Positions 24,901 to 39,900 of a stretch of 64,000 nt of DNA are shown here, one piece after another. The notes beneath the pieces are model-generated. The model was not told the DNA's origin and ran no database searches. It worked only from the letters and a program-made list of their open reading frames with translations. Each line of letters begins with the position of its first letter. Within the stretch, counting starts at the first letter, position 1. Source of the stretch: Perna viridis (Eukaryota). The stretch is taken from assembly GCA_037379345.1 (NCBI GenBank), contig CM074511.1, positions 21,328,001 to 21,392,000 of the forward strand. Reading direction: 5' to 3'. The position numbers and the translations under genes are program-made.

Positions 24901-27900
24901 CATTTCATTTTTTGTTTCACATATGCAGAGCTCATTTTACATATTTTTATTTTTTTATAGACTGGCACCATTTAAATTTTAATTGAAAAGCAGCATGGCT
25001 TACAGTTTTGTGTTTCATGGAGTCAAATACTATACCATCAACTGAAATTTTAATTCCTCCACTTTTCACTGTGGCGTCACCATTTTCCTCCTCTGTGACT
25101 CCATTGTGTCTCCACTAAATTAAAAACTGAGATAAACTTGCTTCATTCAAATACTTTATATTTATTGTTCTATATAAACATGTATCTTGAATGATTTTAA
25201 ACTTAAAGAATCCTTAAATGTATTATGTTATATACAATATAAACTAAAGAATTAAACTATAGGCATATTTAGAAATAATGACTCCACTCAAGTAGTCTCC
25301 ATTGCGAAAGAGTAATCAAGGGAACCAAGGTTATAGCGGCAATCAAATGAATGCAATCCAGGGACAAAGACCAGACATGGAAAACAGACATACACAACAA
25401 AGAACACAAAGTCACTAAAATCATACACACAAAGCAACAAAAGCAAATGAGGAACTTGGACTCCACTAAAAACTGGGAGCATGGACCAGTTGCGAAGAGT
25501 GGAGAAATTAAAATTAGTATTGACAGTAGTGTACATTGTAACAATTTTTTAATAAATTTTCTGTATTTCAGAGTAATGCATATAAATGTAGTTATTTAAT
25601 GTTATAAGTGTATCTATTGCTATGCTATCCATTTTTAGATTGTGTGCAAAGGTAGTGCTGAATATAAAATGGCAACAGCTCCCTGAAGATGACCAAGGAA
25701 AAGTGAATTTCTCCCAGACCATTGCCAACACCCATCAACACCTGGTCAACACGGGGTTTAAAAGGTTTGAATTGCTACCCCATTTGATGGAGAATCCTTG
25801 GACAGATCCAACGCTGAGTAAAATCATGTCAGGAGACGACAAAGATGAATCATCAGGGAGTGACACAGAAACAGAGGAAACTGAAAGAGGTAGTTTTTAC
25901 ATCATGATGATACCCTCTCAATAAGTGGATGGTATATTAGAATCAATTTATCCATCTGTCATTCTGTTGATCTCAAAATTAAGTTGCAATTATCTCTGCT
26001 CCCAGTGGATGGATTGATTTCAAATTTGGCATGTTGCTTTCTATAGCTATAGATGATGGTGATGCATACGTTTTAAGTGACTTTGGTTGCTATCTGACAT
26101 GGACTTCCAGTTTTGTGGGCTTGCCATTTTTCACTATATAGAATAAATGGGAGTATACCTAACACAACAACACGTGCAGCTTCATGTAAAATGATCAGTA
26201 GATAATAGAACCATATCAATGCACAGCAATAAAAACAATAAAAAGTGTTGTTTTCTTATACAGAGTCTTCTCCAGTTTGTATCGATTATCATTAGTGGTA
26301 GTCCAAGGTCTTGGACCCTCAATTTCTGTCATAAGACTTTCTTTCAAAATTTCAATTACCATGGTCTTTGACCTTCAACTCTTTTAATTGACACTTAATG
26401 GAGAACTTTTGATTTTTGTAAGTGGACCATTAATTTGAAATTAAGGAAAGTCCTGGTCTTGAATGTTAATTTGCACCCCTGTGTCTTTAATTATTTATGC
26501 CAGTTTTAATGCTTACTTTTCACAGAAAATCTAGTCTGTATTTTTTCAGTAAAATACCTACAAGATAGTTTAGTAATTGTTTATTGTAATACTCAAATTC
26601 ATTTTGGTAATTGTGGTAATAGAAATATTTAGCTGAGTGATATGTAACCTTTATAATTCATGCAAAAGAAATCTTTTAAAATTATGTTTATTTTATTACA
26701 ATATTTTAGGTATGAGATTTTGAACTAAATTTTTTTTTTTTTCAGAAAAAGAAAGAAAAATAAAGGAAAAAATGGATGAAATATCCAATTACATCAAGAA
26801 AGAGGACCCACTGATATTGAAACTGAGGGTAGAAATGTTAATCTTAGAAAACTGTGAAGATTTTGCTTCAAATTTATGCAACTGTCTTGTTAAATATTCT
26901 CCCTTTAAGGATGACTTAGATGTCAGAGAAATGCAGTTCATATTACTTCACAAACTGAACCAAATGGATAAACTCCAGGAAGAGGTAAGCATGAACTAAT
27001 GAAGGCTCATTCAATTTCCAGTGTGGATATGTATACATGTACCTTTTATCTTAAGAACTGTAGAAAAAATTAATTGATTCTTTTTGTTATATACTGATAG
27101 TCACTTCATCAGACCATAAACCAGACTTTCAATTTTTTGTTAATGTTTTACCCATTTCAATGAAATATTTGTGACTAGTTCTTCAAATCTCAAATTTAGA
27201 TACCCAATTAAATTATTTTACACTCAAAATGAACTAACTGTAAAATTAAAGCCCTTAAATACCAATATTATTCCTTGTACTTATACTCATTTTATTTTTT
27301 TTCACATGTTTGACAAGATTTTAAATAATTAATAATATGCTACTTGATTGCTGCATCAAAACTTGTATAACTAACATCTAAAGCCTATTGTTAACTTTTT
27401 TCAGTGTGAGCAGATAGTTTGCCACACCGGGATTAAATTGATCAACCGACTAGAACAAAAGGAAAGTAACCAAAAACTGTGTGTCAGACTAGTCCAGATA
27501 TTTCTGGTTCAAGACTGGATAAATCCTGATCGTACATGTTGTACAAAGGTTTGTTCTTACTTTTAAGCATATCAGTACATTAAAAAAAAATAATTTCTAT
27601 AATAACAAAGTTTAAATTATATTGAATACATATGTCTCTTAAAGTAATGGTCTGTTTGAGTGATTAGAAATACTTGTTATACCTGCAATAGTACATGATT
27701 AGTTGATCAACATTAGGTAAAATATAATTGATTGAATGTTTGTTTTAATCTGTAAAAGTGGGGGACACATTTAATTAATTTCATTGTTTTATGATATCAC
27801 AAAAACATGATTTTAAAGTACTATGCAAACATTAGTACATACTTTTAATTAAAAGTTTTTCACAAGAAGACCTTGTTAAAATTATTGTCACTACTTAAGT

Positions 27901-30900
27901 ATACATCAGAAAGAATGCTTCTTTAATATACATTTCACATCCCTCTATAGAGTTAGGTGTTACTGCAATCATCTCATCCATTTGTCATTCACAACTTGAT
28001 TAACATTTACAAATTCATTGGAGTTGCATCATAAACCGTCTTACTAGTTTGATTTCTTGCTTTATTTACAGGACCTGATAAAGCTTTGGATAAGACACCA
28101 ATATATGGCAGATAGAGATCGAACCAAGTTCCTAGAAAATGTGTGGTCCATAGCTAAAATTTCCAGTAAAACTGAACAAATTGGTGTATTGGTAACTGGA
28201 TTACAAAAAGAGGTTAGTAGATATATTTATTATCACCCACGCAAAGAAGAGGGTATAATGTTTTGACCAGTCAGTCCATCTTTAGTTTTCTGGATTTTTT
28301 TTTTGAAAGGCTTGCAGATATTGGCATGATTTTTGGTATATAAGTTCACCATGATAAGTTACAAGTCAAATTTACGTTTTGTTCCACTCCAGTGATTTTT
28401 TCTGAAATTACGGGCAACGAACTTAGCAAAATTCATAGAAATAACAGTTTTCCTGAATTTTTGTCTAAAGGCTTGCGGATTATGACACGATTTTTGGTAT
28501 TTGAGTTCACCATGATAAGTTACAGGTCAATTGTATGTTTTGTTTTGCTACGAAGATATTTACTTCGGATTAATTAAAACTCAAAGAAATCACAGTCTGG
28601 AGTATGAAACTACTATTTTGGGTAATAGAATTTAGTTAGAAGATAAAGAAAAAATAATTTTCAAAAACCTTTTTCAATTTTATTTTTTCTTTTCTAATGC
28701 CTGAAAAAAAAAACATTCCAATTCCTTTTTTATTGTGGTGTCCTTCTAAATGTATTTCTCTCTTGAACAAATTTACTTGAGTATCCAACATGGGGACATG
28801 AGTGGTATGTGAGCGGGCTCACTAAAGTTCTTCAATTTATTATGATTGATTAACCATCAAACACATCTTTAATTATTGAATTTTTAGTGATATTTTCTTC
28901 AAATCATGTTCAAATGTCTTATAACATTTTTCAAACAAAGGTTGTACAATATTTCCTTCTTATCAAACATGGTTAGAGATTAAAATGAAACAACTAAAAA
29001 CCAAAAAGTTACAAAGTGTTTTTTAGTCAAACCCTCCTTATCAAATGCTTTTGCAGCTGAAAATGATTATTTTGAAACTTATTTTGATTGTTTCTCACAA
29101 TTTTCTTAAAAGTTTTAAAGCTAAAAATTGCAAAATTTGAATTACAACCAAAACCAGATATGTCTGATTTTCCTGACTTTCGATTTCATACATCCTGTGT
29201 CAATTTTATCAAGCTTCGAAATTAAAATTATCCAATTTATGTAGTTATTGACCTCGTCATGATGTTTTAGTCTGAATGTAAGTTTCTCTCCTTCACATTT
29301 TTGTAAGAAATACCGCATCAAGGTAAATAATTGACTGATCAAGTGCAAAACATCTATCTTTTGTCTTATAAAATTTTACTGGATCTAAATCTAAAAAAAC
29401 AATTTTCACACATTTAGACCTTCTAAATTGCACTGCGCACGATGCCTAAATACATAGTATACACACCAAAATAGGATAAGTATTTGTAAAGAAGGCTTCT
29501 GTATTAACATAAACATGTCATTATAAAATCATTATAAAAGTATGGACACCAGAAGGACAGACTTAGTAGGCTTAGCTAATGAAAATCCTGTAAACTATAC
29601 CAAAATTCACTTGCACTTGGAGCAGTGTTATGTATCAATTTTAAAATAGAATCAAAATTTTTTTCTCTGTTTCAGTGTGGCACCAAACTACGACAGTTAT
29701 ATACTGATCTTTGTGTTTATGCTATTAACATAGACAAAGGCAGTTGTGAAAAATTGATGATGAATGGAGACATTGAAGGTGTGAAAGAAAAACAAAAGTC
29801 TATGGCAATGACCTGTGAAAAATTGGCACACATTGTGGCCATGAATAATTTGAAGGCGGCAAAAATTAGTGCTTTGACTGCTTTTGCATTAAATCCTACA
29901 AGAAGTGCTATGTCACTGGTGGAGAAAATGTATTTAAATAAAACACTCAATCAGGCTTCAGAGAGGAAAAAAGAGCGTAATGAGAAAAAACATAAAGATC
30001 TTCGACATACCAATGATGGTGAAGTCAACCTAGCTACATTATATGAGGTTGAACGCTTATTGAACATGTTACGACCTTATTATTTGAACCCTGACTTATC
30101 ATGGGAGGATTTGTACCCTGTTTGCCAGAAATTTATGTTAGAAAAGGGAGCAAATGATTGGAAAGAAATGCAAAAGCAACAAAAGGAAAAAATACAAAAG
30201 CTGCAGGAAGAAAAAGTTAAGGAAATAAAATCTCTTTCAATTAAGGATACTTCTCTAGAAAAAAAATCAAGCACAGTAAAGGAAGGTTCTTTGCAGTATT
30301 ATTGTGATGATACCACTCAGTTCCAGCCTTATTCCAGTACTAAGACGCCAGATGGAACATTATCTACAAAATCACCATGGACTCCTGTTCAATTTGGGTT
30401 ACAAAGTAAACCTGGAGTGAGAGAATCTACTAAACTTATTCCATGGACGAAACTGCAAAACATGTCAATTCAGAACAATCCTCTTGATATGACAAAAGCC
30501 AGTGGACCAGAACAAATAAAACACAAAATCAACACAGAGGCTGTTAAGAAGCCAAAAGAAAAACCGACTCCAAATTTTGACTTTGCTAAACTATTGGAGG
30601 CTACTAAAAACATGCCTCAGATTCAGACATTCATGAAACAACAATCATTATCGTCATCATCTGTGTCTACTGCAAAAATTCCCACAACAAAACCATCAGC
30701 TCCTGGAAATGCTCATTTACCATATGTACCTGGACTCACATCATATGAAGTGCAGCAAGCAATGATTCAACAGAAAAAGAACTTAAATAGATCTTTCTCT
30801 GTTGACCAAGTTCAATCTGAGAAATCAGTTTCATCAAAAGTTCTCCACAGCCAGCATCGTGAGAGAACATTGTCAGTGGATCGACAGCTATCAAACCAGC

Positions 30901-33900
30901 CAAGTTCTAGTCAGTTGCCAGGTTGGTCGAGTAAATCTCCATCAGATTTAACCAAAACATCTCATCAGCCTAGAATTATACCTCACAGAACACAGCCACA
31001 AGTCAAATCTCCTTCTACATTATCACATGTCCAGCAATCATTTGGTGGAAACCAGGAACCCAACTCAAACATGTCACAAGACAATAGTGGACAAATAAAA
31101 AACTTTTTAACTCCAGTAGTCACACAAACTCTTCCAGCTAGGAGAAGTAGACAACCATCAAAGGAAGAGCTGCAAAGTATTGTTGACTGGTTACAAACAG
31201 GAACTGAGGATGCTAAAATTAAACCATCCAATTTGTCTCAGATAATTGTTTCTAATGATGCTAATGCTGCTGTTTCAAAGCCAAAAAAATCTTCAACTGT
31301 TCAATCTGGAAATCATTCACAATATGTTACAGTTGGATCAAGCCCTAGTCAAGCATTGCAAAATACAAAGAAAAGTCAGGAACAGCTGAAAATAAAAGAT
31401 GAAAAATCTAAAAACTTTGCAAGTCAAGTGATGACCAAAGTTGGTATAAGACCTGGAATGTCACAGGAGGAGATCAACATTGCAAGAATTAAGGAAATAA
31501 TGCGACAGCAACAGGAAGCTGTTATGAAAGAAAAACAAGAAAAGCCTACTAAGAAGAGTCCAAAAACTTCTTCAAAGGGATTTTTGCTAATTCCTGGATC
31601 AGCACACACCGTTATGCAAGCTAAAATGCAAGGAGACAGAACAAAAATGTTACAAGACAAAATGAAAGGTGTGCAAAAACCTAGTAAAATTAAACCTTTT
31701 TCACCTGAAAATAACAGTATTTCTCAAGGTAATCTCCAAAGTACTGTGTCAGTAGGCCAAAATTATGTCAATCAGATGATCCAATCGGCTTCTCCACAAT
31801 CCATACGATCTGGAGTCAGTCAGACCGCTATTGTTCCGAGTGATACGTCAAAAGTGGCCAAGTTCAAAGAGTTTGACATTCAACATGCTTTACAGTCTCT
31901 GTCAAAAGTTCTTGACAAGTCTTCTAATGTACTTTCTCAGAATCCAGCATTACTTGGCAAATCAAAAAAGGAGGAGATGCTTCAAAGACCAGCAAGACCA
32001 GCTTCAGCAATGCCAAATCTCATGGCTATCACAACTTCTGTTACTACTGCTTCTTATACTAAGCCTGTACAAAATTCAGTATTGGAAAGAGGTATGCCAT
32101 CTGTGCAAAAACAACCCAGCCCAGAATTGCCAGTTGAAACTTCTTCTTACCAGTTACTATATTTAGGACAAATAAAAACTTCCAAGTCTAAGGAATCTTC
32201 TGAACAAGTCAGTAGAACACAAACTGAACAAGCAATAGAAGTAATTCCAGAATCTGTGCAAAATTCGCAAGTGAACTCCACTAATGTAATGAAAGTTGGA
32301 AGTCAAGGTGTAAGTTTACCTAATCATCAAATTGTTGCAAATGCAGGAACTCAAAATATTTTGTCTGCAATGTCAGAGAATGTTTCACTGCAAGGAGTAG
32401 GTGCTTCAGTTTTAAACCCTCCCAGTGCTACTTTGCAAACAGTAAATCCTCAAGGTTTAATAATGGGGACTCAGCTTGCTCAGGCAGGTTCTGTGCAAGG
32501 AAGTGTGATTCAGACATTGACTCCTCCATCAATGACACTTTGTACCCCTAGTGCCCTGCCTATTCAAGCACAAGCTGTTCAGAATATAGCTGTACAAGGA
32601 ATTACAGCTGAGTATCAACCATTGCCACTTAATTCAATAGTACAAGGACCAAATAACCTCAATCAAGGACAAAATGTGCTTGGACAACAAACATTGATTC
32701 AAGGACAAAGCTCTTTTGTTCAAGGACTTTTACAAGGTCAAAATACACTGATTCAAGGACAAAATACTGTGATTCAAGGACACCAAACATTTGTGCAAGG
32801 TCAAAATGCAATGGTTCAGGGCCAAGGAATAAATATTCAATCTATTCAAACTGGACAAACTTTTGGAATACAGGGTGTAGCAAATCAAAACAATGTGTTA
32901 CCTGTAGTGCAAGGAGTGAACTTTCAAACACCTTTAGATACAGGTCAACCAACATTTGTGCAGCCCAATAGTCAACAGTTTGGACTAAACCCTGGTACTC
33001 AACTCTTAGGTGTAAACACCTTACATGTACCTAATGGAACAGCTAATTTAACTATAGAAAGAATGCAACCAAATACTACTGTGACTTTTACAAATCCTAC
33101 TGTGGTTATGTCAACAGAAATATCAGCTTCAACTACAGCTTTGGCTCTTAACAATCAAAATGTCATTCAAAATGTGAATACCACTATTATCCCACAAAAT
33201 ACTGTTCCAATTGCAACGAATGCAATATCATTTGATTCAAACAATACTGTTCTTGGCAATACCATTTCACCAGCTTTTTCTCTGATGCAGCCAGTTCAAC
33301 CAAGTCAGCATCCAGGCAATCTTTTAGTTCAGAATAGTAACACTTTAAATCACAACTTAAGCCTTACTAGTCATGTCACTGTAATGCAACCTTATACTGC
33401 TCAGCCAATAAGCACTAGTCTTTCATCTCCAAAACCTGTGAAAATATTACCAAAAACACCCGTTTTTGTAGGACCCTTTAAGCTAATAGCAGATTCTAAT
33501 AGCACTACTTCAACATCCCAAACTGATGTTCAAGGGTGTTTAGTTCCAACCACTTCACCGACGAAAATGAAACCAATTCCAGCATCTAGTCTTTCTCCAC
33601 TGAAAACGAGTCAACCTTGCAGTGTTATCAACACTTCACAAGCATCTTCATTTGATAAACTGTTACTAGAACATTTGGTTAGTGCTAAAGCATCTATTTC
33701 TGAACAAGAAAAACAATGGCAATCAGAACTTTCAGATAATGGCACAGAAATTGTAAGAAGAGTTGAACTAAGTGAGTTACAGAAAAATACTCTAACAGAA
33801 AGTGAAAACTTGAATCAGGAATGTGCAATTCCAGCTAAATCAGATGAAGGTCATCTTTCTTTATCAGGCCATCCTTCAAGTAACATAGATACAAATTTAG

Positions 33901-36900
33901 AAATGTTAAACTCAGAAGGCTCTAGTTTGCAATCTATTGATAAGCCTGCTATGGATCCATTGTTAACTAGTGCAATACCATCAATATCAAATGGGAAAGA
34001 TGTGAATATAGTTGACATTCATATAACTACATGTAGCAAGAGTGATGAAAGTACATTAGAAAGTCAAAAAGATGAAACACCTGCTGAATCAGCAGCTCTG
34101 AACACCAATATTTCTGAGGGTACCACACTTCAAAAAACAAGCTCAGAAAAACATTCAAATTTTCTGTCGGATACTACTCAAGGAAACTTTCTGAAAGGCC
34201 TTAATCAGTTTAAAGAAAGGCTGGCTAGTGCAAAATTTCCGTCTATTGAAACTAAGGGTATTAGTGAGAGTTGTAGTACTGTAACTGACTCTGAAATAAT
34301 GGAAGTTAGTTCAAATGATAATGTGAATGAAGAAAGTTCTTTATTTAAACACAATGTTGCACTTCATAATACAGATCAAAGCCATGTTACTTATTGTGAA
34401 CATGTTGGAAAGAAGATCAATGACTTGTTACATCAAACTAACTCAGAAGCAATTCACAAGGATCAAGAACTAGACCTACCATTGCATGCCGATACTGAAA
34501 AACTAGACACTTTAATTATAGAGAATGAAAAGATATCCACGCAAACCAGGAAAAATTTCAATGATGAAAATAAAACAACGGACATTATCGATTCTCCTTT
34601 AGAAATTGACAGTAAAATAATAGACAAAGTTGAAGAGCTAAATCAAAATCAGACTTTAGTTTCTAATGACACTGAGGTTGTAAACCATCTACAAAATGCT
34701 TATAGTAGTAGTGAAGTGGGAATGGAACCAGAAGATAATCTAATAGAATCAACTAATGAAACACTGATTAGATCTGCTGAAAGCTTTGGTCATACAATGG
34801 AAAATCGTATTCATCAGTTAATCAGCTTACACGTATCTAAATCTGTAGAAAGTGATGCATCTTTGAATCAAATATTAGATTTGAAAAAGGATAATGTTAG
34901 TTCTGCTGACTCAACTGATAAAGGAAATGAATTGTGTTCAGACAAAGAAGTAGAGAAGACAAATGTGGAAATTATTGAAAAAGTAGAGCTTGCAGAACCT
35001 TGTGATGATTTAAACAACATACAAACTCTGAAGATAGACACTGTTGATAAGCAGTCAGATATTCTCCCTCAAAATTCTAATTCAGAAATTCAAAATAAAG
35101 AACCATTGGAAGCTGAATCAAGTAAACTAGTTTTGGGTCTAGTGGATTACTCAGAAACTTCAGATTCTGATGCAGTTATTGATAGTAACATTGACACTAG
35201 GCGCACAGTTGGAATTGTAGATTACCCTGAAAGTTCTGATTCTGAATCATCTGAAAATGGGACTGATGTTTTAACTAAAGACAGTAATCTCAGTGAAATG
35301 CATGAAGCTTGTTCCAAAGAAGATCAACACCAGGATGTCATAAATAATTGTTTGCCAAGTGTTAATTCATCAGTTGATTCTACAGTTCCAGAATCAAAGG
35401 TTAGAATAGTATTTGTATGTGCCTATACAAATGTATGTATGATGTCTGCATAAATATATTTATAAGTAGTCTTAAATCAATAAATGTAACCTACTTTAGT
35501 TTTCATCACATTCAAACTAATTACTTAATGAACACAATGATGTATTGAAGTTGAATAGCATGATTGAAAGAGAAATATGTTACATACATATGTATGCAAA
35601 GTCGTCAAATAGTATTAAATTAAAAGATGAGTTGAGTACAACTAAATTTAAACTGAAAATCTTAAGAAGCCTGAATGTTCTTGTTGATAAAGAACATATG
35701 CATGTAATAAAAGGATGAGTAGTAGTAAACGGTTAACTTGTCTGATGCTATTAATTTATGTACAATGTACTTGTTAGGCTGTGCTCTCCATATGTTCATT
35801 TTTTTTGTTATTTTTTACAGACCATCATTGAAGAACCTAGTCAAGATGAAAAACTGTCTGAGAAAAGTCAGTTGGAATATCTTCCAGAAGTTATTAATCC
35901 TACAACTCCTGATGAACCCGCCTCTTCCATTGAAGTATGTTTATATTCCTATACGCCTGTTTTTCTAGACGGGACATATTTATGGTATACTCTCTATTCA
36001 TCATTCACATAAAACTTAAAAATGCTGCCACTAATTTTTGTGAAACTTTGTTGCATTGTTTTTATTGGTGTGAACTCTCTTTCTTGATTTTCGTCTCTCT
36101 GGTGACACGTGTTGCAGAAGGTAAGATTAAGGTACTACTTTTCTGGCATCTTCTGTGTTAATATTGGCATTGTGGTTCATGTTAAGATTTTAATGTTAAG
36201 TTAATTGATTAGGTCTATCTGATATGAACCACTCATGCAAGGTCAATGATATTCGTTACACATTTGCATAAAAATCACTTAATCACAATTGAGAGTATTT
36301 TATTTTTTTATTTTTCATACATACTTCCTTACATATTGATATTAAACGCTATGTTTATGGTCACATACCATCCTCTTCTCTCCATATTAAGAACACAACA
36401 ATGCAAATTTTTGTAAAAAATCATTTCTGTTAGAAGGAAATGTAATAAACATTCTAAAACCTGTATTGCAGCTAATGTGGTCATGTAAAAAATCAGGAAA
36501 TCTTAAATTTAAAAAAATAAAAAAAAAAGGGGGCGGTAGTATTTTTGATGGGCAGGCCGGGATGAAAATCCATCAATATATTTTAATTGGCCTAAGCCCC
36601 CTTTCAATTTTTAAAATTTGATTTTATGATTTAGTTATAAACTTAGTTCAAAATTAAGAGTGAATTTGAGAGTTTTTAGACTTACTCGGCAATGGTTGCA
36701 CTAATTTTCATGAAACTTTGGAAAATGGTTTTTGCCCCAACTGTTTAGGGTTCAACCTAGTGCTTGGGGAAATGTTTTATTTGGTCATTTTATTTATATT
36801 TGATTTGCTCATGAAGACACATTTTTCTTGAAAGTGTGGTTTTATAACACTATAGCAGGGTAAATACTAATGCACTTCCCTTTTGTATGTGTAATTTATC

Positions 36901-39900
36901 AAGAATTGTCTATATAGCCAACCAAGATGATTTGTTAGCAAATGTTTTTCAAATTACTTCCCTTAGATAAATAATCTATTTCCAAAGAGGTCTTTATTTT
37001 ACAAGAAAATTAAGAATTTTAGCTTGCAACACTAAAAAATTATTGTTTTACAATACATTTATCTATAAGCTATTTTATTGTAGAACTTGTGTAGGTATAA
37101 TTGTACATTTACTTAAAAAGAGTAACCAATAGATAACACGCTGTTTATATCATACTGTTTGTAATAAGCATTTGAAAAATATTTGAATGTTGAAATAAGG
37201 AAAAAGGAAAAAGGATTTTTGTTAGAAGTAATGAATTACTTCTAATCTTCAACAGATGTTTCTCCATTATAATGATATCTAAACTTTTATGTAGTCAGGA
37301 TTAATGAAGGTTTAAGGTCAGGTTATGTTAGTATGGGTGCATGTATAAGTAAAGGAAACTGAAATAAGTTAAAACTTGACTATTGTTAGGCTCAATACAA
37401 AACTAACAAAAAAATAGAAAAAGTGCTAGCAATACTCCCCAAATTGATACCTCTGTTCCTCCATTTGATAACGTGCACCTTTTATCCAATGACCTTGAAA
37501 ATTGAGAGCCTTGAACAACCTATGTTACAAATTTTATCAAAAGAAGTTCTAGAGAGTCAACAAGCATATGACATACAGTCTAAAAATATTCATTCTTTTC
37601 TAAATTGATGGTATCCTTTATTAATATCCCAGAAGACATTCAGATTAAAATATAAAACATGAGGTGCACATCTTAAATATTTATTAAGTATTATGTGAAA
37701 GTTTCATTAAACTGTAGTTGCCTTGTGACCCTGATCCTTGGGTTTGTCACCTGTATTGCTCGGATGTCCTTCTTGGTTACTTGAATAATGTATGATGACT
37801 CACATTTTAAAAATTGCAATAATGGTAACCACATTGTATAACCAAAGCTATGTGATAACTTATTGGTAAAAAATGGTGTTTTTGTAACCAAAATGGTTTT
37901 TATGAATCCAATATGTCCCTTATTTAAATTTTAGAATAAGGGTCATGACCTTTTTACGGTCCTTCGTAGATTGGCAGCTACGATTTAACTCTATACAGTG
38001 GTATTGGAGGACTTGTACGCAAGAGAAGGGAACCGTGTATTCATTAAGGGAAAAGTTATGCAATGAAAACACCAAAGTTGTAGATATACATGAACCGTTT
38101 TTTTGAAATTCAACTCTTTATTAATTTTAAAGGTGAGTGTAAGGTTACTTATAGTTTCAAAAGTTACTTAAGGTGTATCATTTAAGGTTACTAACAGCTC
38201 GAATTGTCTGTGAATAAGATTTAACATATTTTTGTCTCTTTTTCAGGAAACTGGAATTGATAACAGTTATAACAGTGATTCCATCCCAGTGGCAGGGAGG
38301 GGCAAGAACAATGTTTCAGGGAATCTTGCAAGTGAGGATGAGATAGAGACACCAAGTGACACAGTAACTGAACCAGAAGTGAATGATAAACATGCCACAT
38401 TATATGTACATACTGAGATAAATGAGGATTCAGAAAATAAACTTTCTGACCCTGAAAAACCAGATAATTTTGGAACTGATGATGGAAATCTAGTATATAC
38501 TAACAACAGTTCAAATGAGGGTAAAACTATCTTGTCAGATCATATGGACAATGATTCTAAAATACAAAAATGTAGTAATGACATAGTAAATGAAGAATCT
38601 TTAAAATCTAGTGTGGTGGATGAGGTGATAATAGGTACAAGAGCTGATATTGGCAAATCAATTTGTGAAACTCATGTAAATGAGGAAGATGAAGAGAAGA
38701 GGAACAATGAAGAAGACCAGAATGCTTCTGGAGACAACTTGGAAACTGTGAAAAGTAGTTGTTTACCCAGTGATGCCTCAGAAAACAAGTTAAGCACACC
38801 TCCCAAAAATGACTTAGTTGCTAACTATAAAATGCTAATGGAAGAAATGTTGAGCCTGTCAGCTACCAAAAAAGGGACAGAAGCTCATGCTAGTGTAGAA
38901 GATCAGTTTACAGTCAGAAAAAGTTTCGGTTTTGATGATTTAGAAAAAACTGTGGAAGGGAGGAAAAATGGCATGAGAGAGTCATCAGTGCCAGGTTTTA
39001 GTATTTTTGCTGATGATCTTAACAAACTTCCAGAAAGCTGCTCTGTCAATAAGCTGCAAACAAGGAGCCTCCCTGATGATTGGACTCCTAGTGAATATCA
39101 AGTACTAGAAAGATCTCTGTCAAATGAGGAAAGAAAATTAAGACGATCTAATTCAGATATCAACATTGCCAATATTGACAATAACTCCAATGATTTTGAT
39201 ACTCACTCTGTAATATCAGACAGAGAATATCAGGAGAAATCATTGAATGCCATGCAAAAGGGTTTTCCTGGTGGGTTTGATATCCGTCAGCTACAATATG
39301 ATGGGAAAAGTTCAAATTATAGGATGACTTTACCTGCATTGAAAATTAGTAAGAGGAAACCTCAGACAGAAACTCATCTATTAACATATGGAGAATGGAA
39401 AAACAAAGATAGTAAAGTTGACGTAGTGAGCAATAGGAAGAGCCCAATAGTAATGAATTTGGAACAGAAAGAGCAACATGAAGAGCCGAAAGTAATATTT
39501 CCAGTCAAAGTTAAAGAAAAAGTTAAGGAAAAAGAGGGCCCTCCAAAATGTAAAATTTGCTTAAGAACCTTTGACACCATCAAAGCACTACAGCAGCATG
39601 TCATTCATCCATGTAGACCTGATATCAGAAAAACTGTCATGCAGTTCAAAGAATTAGATTATCGCACTGTATACACATGCAACTCTTGTAAAGTGTCATG
39701 TGAAACTGAGTTTGCTGCAAAGTTGCATTGTGACAACTGTACTGGTATAACAGGAAAGAGATCCCAAGGTTATAGCATTAATACGTTCTTCCGTTGCAAG
39801 ATGTGTGGGGAAATAATGAACTATCAAGTAACAGCTTTAGAGCATGTAAAAGAGAAATGTCTTACAGTGAAACAGCTAGAGAAAATAGAAAAAGGAAAAA

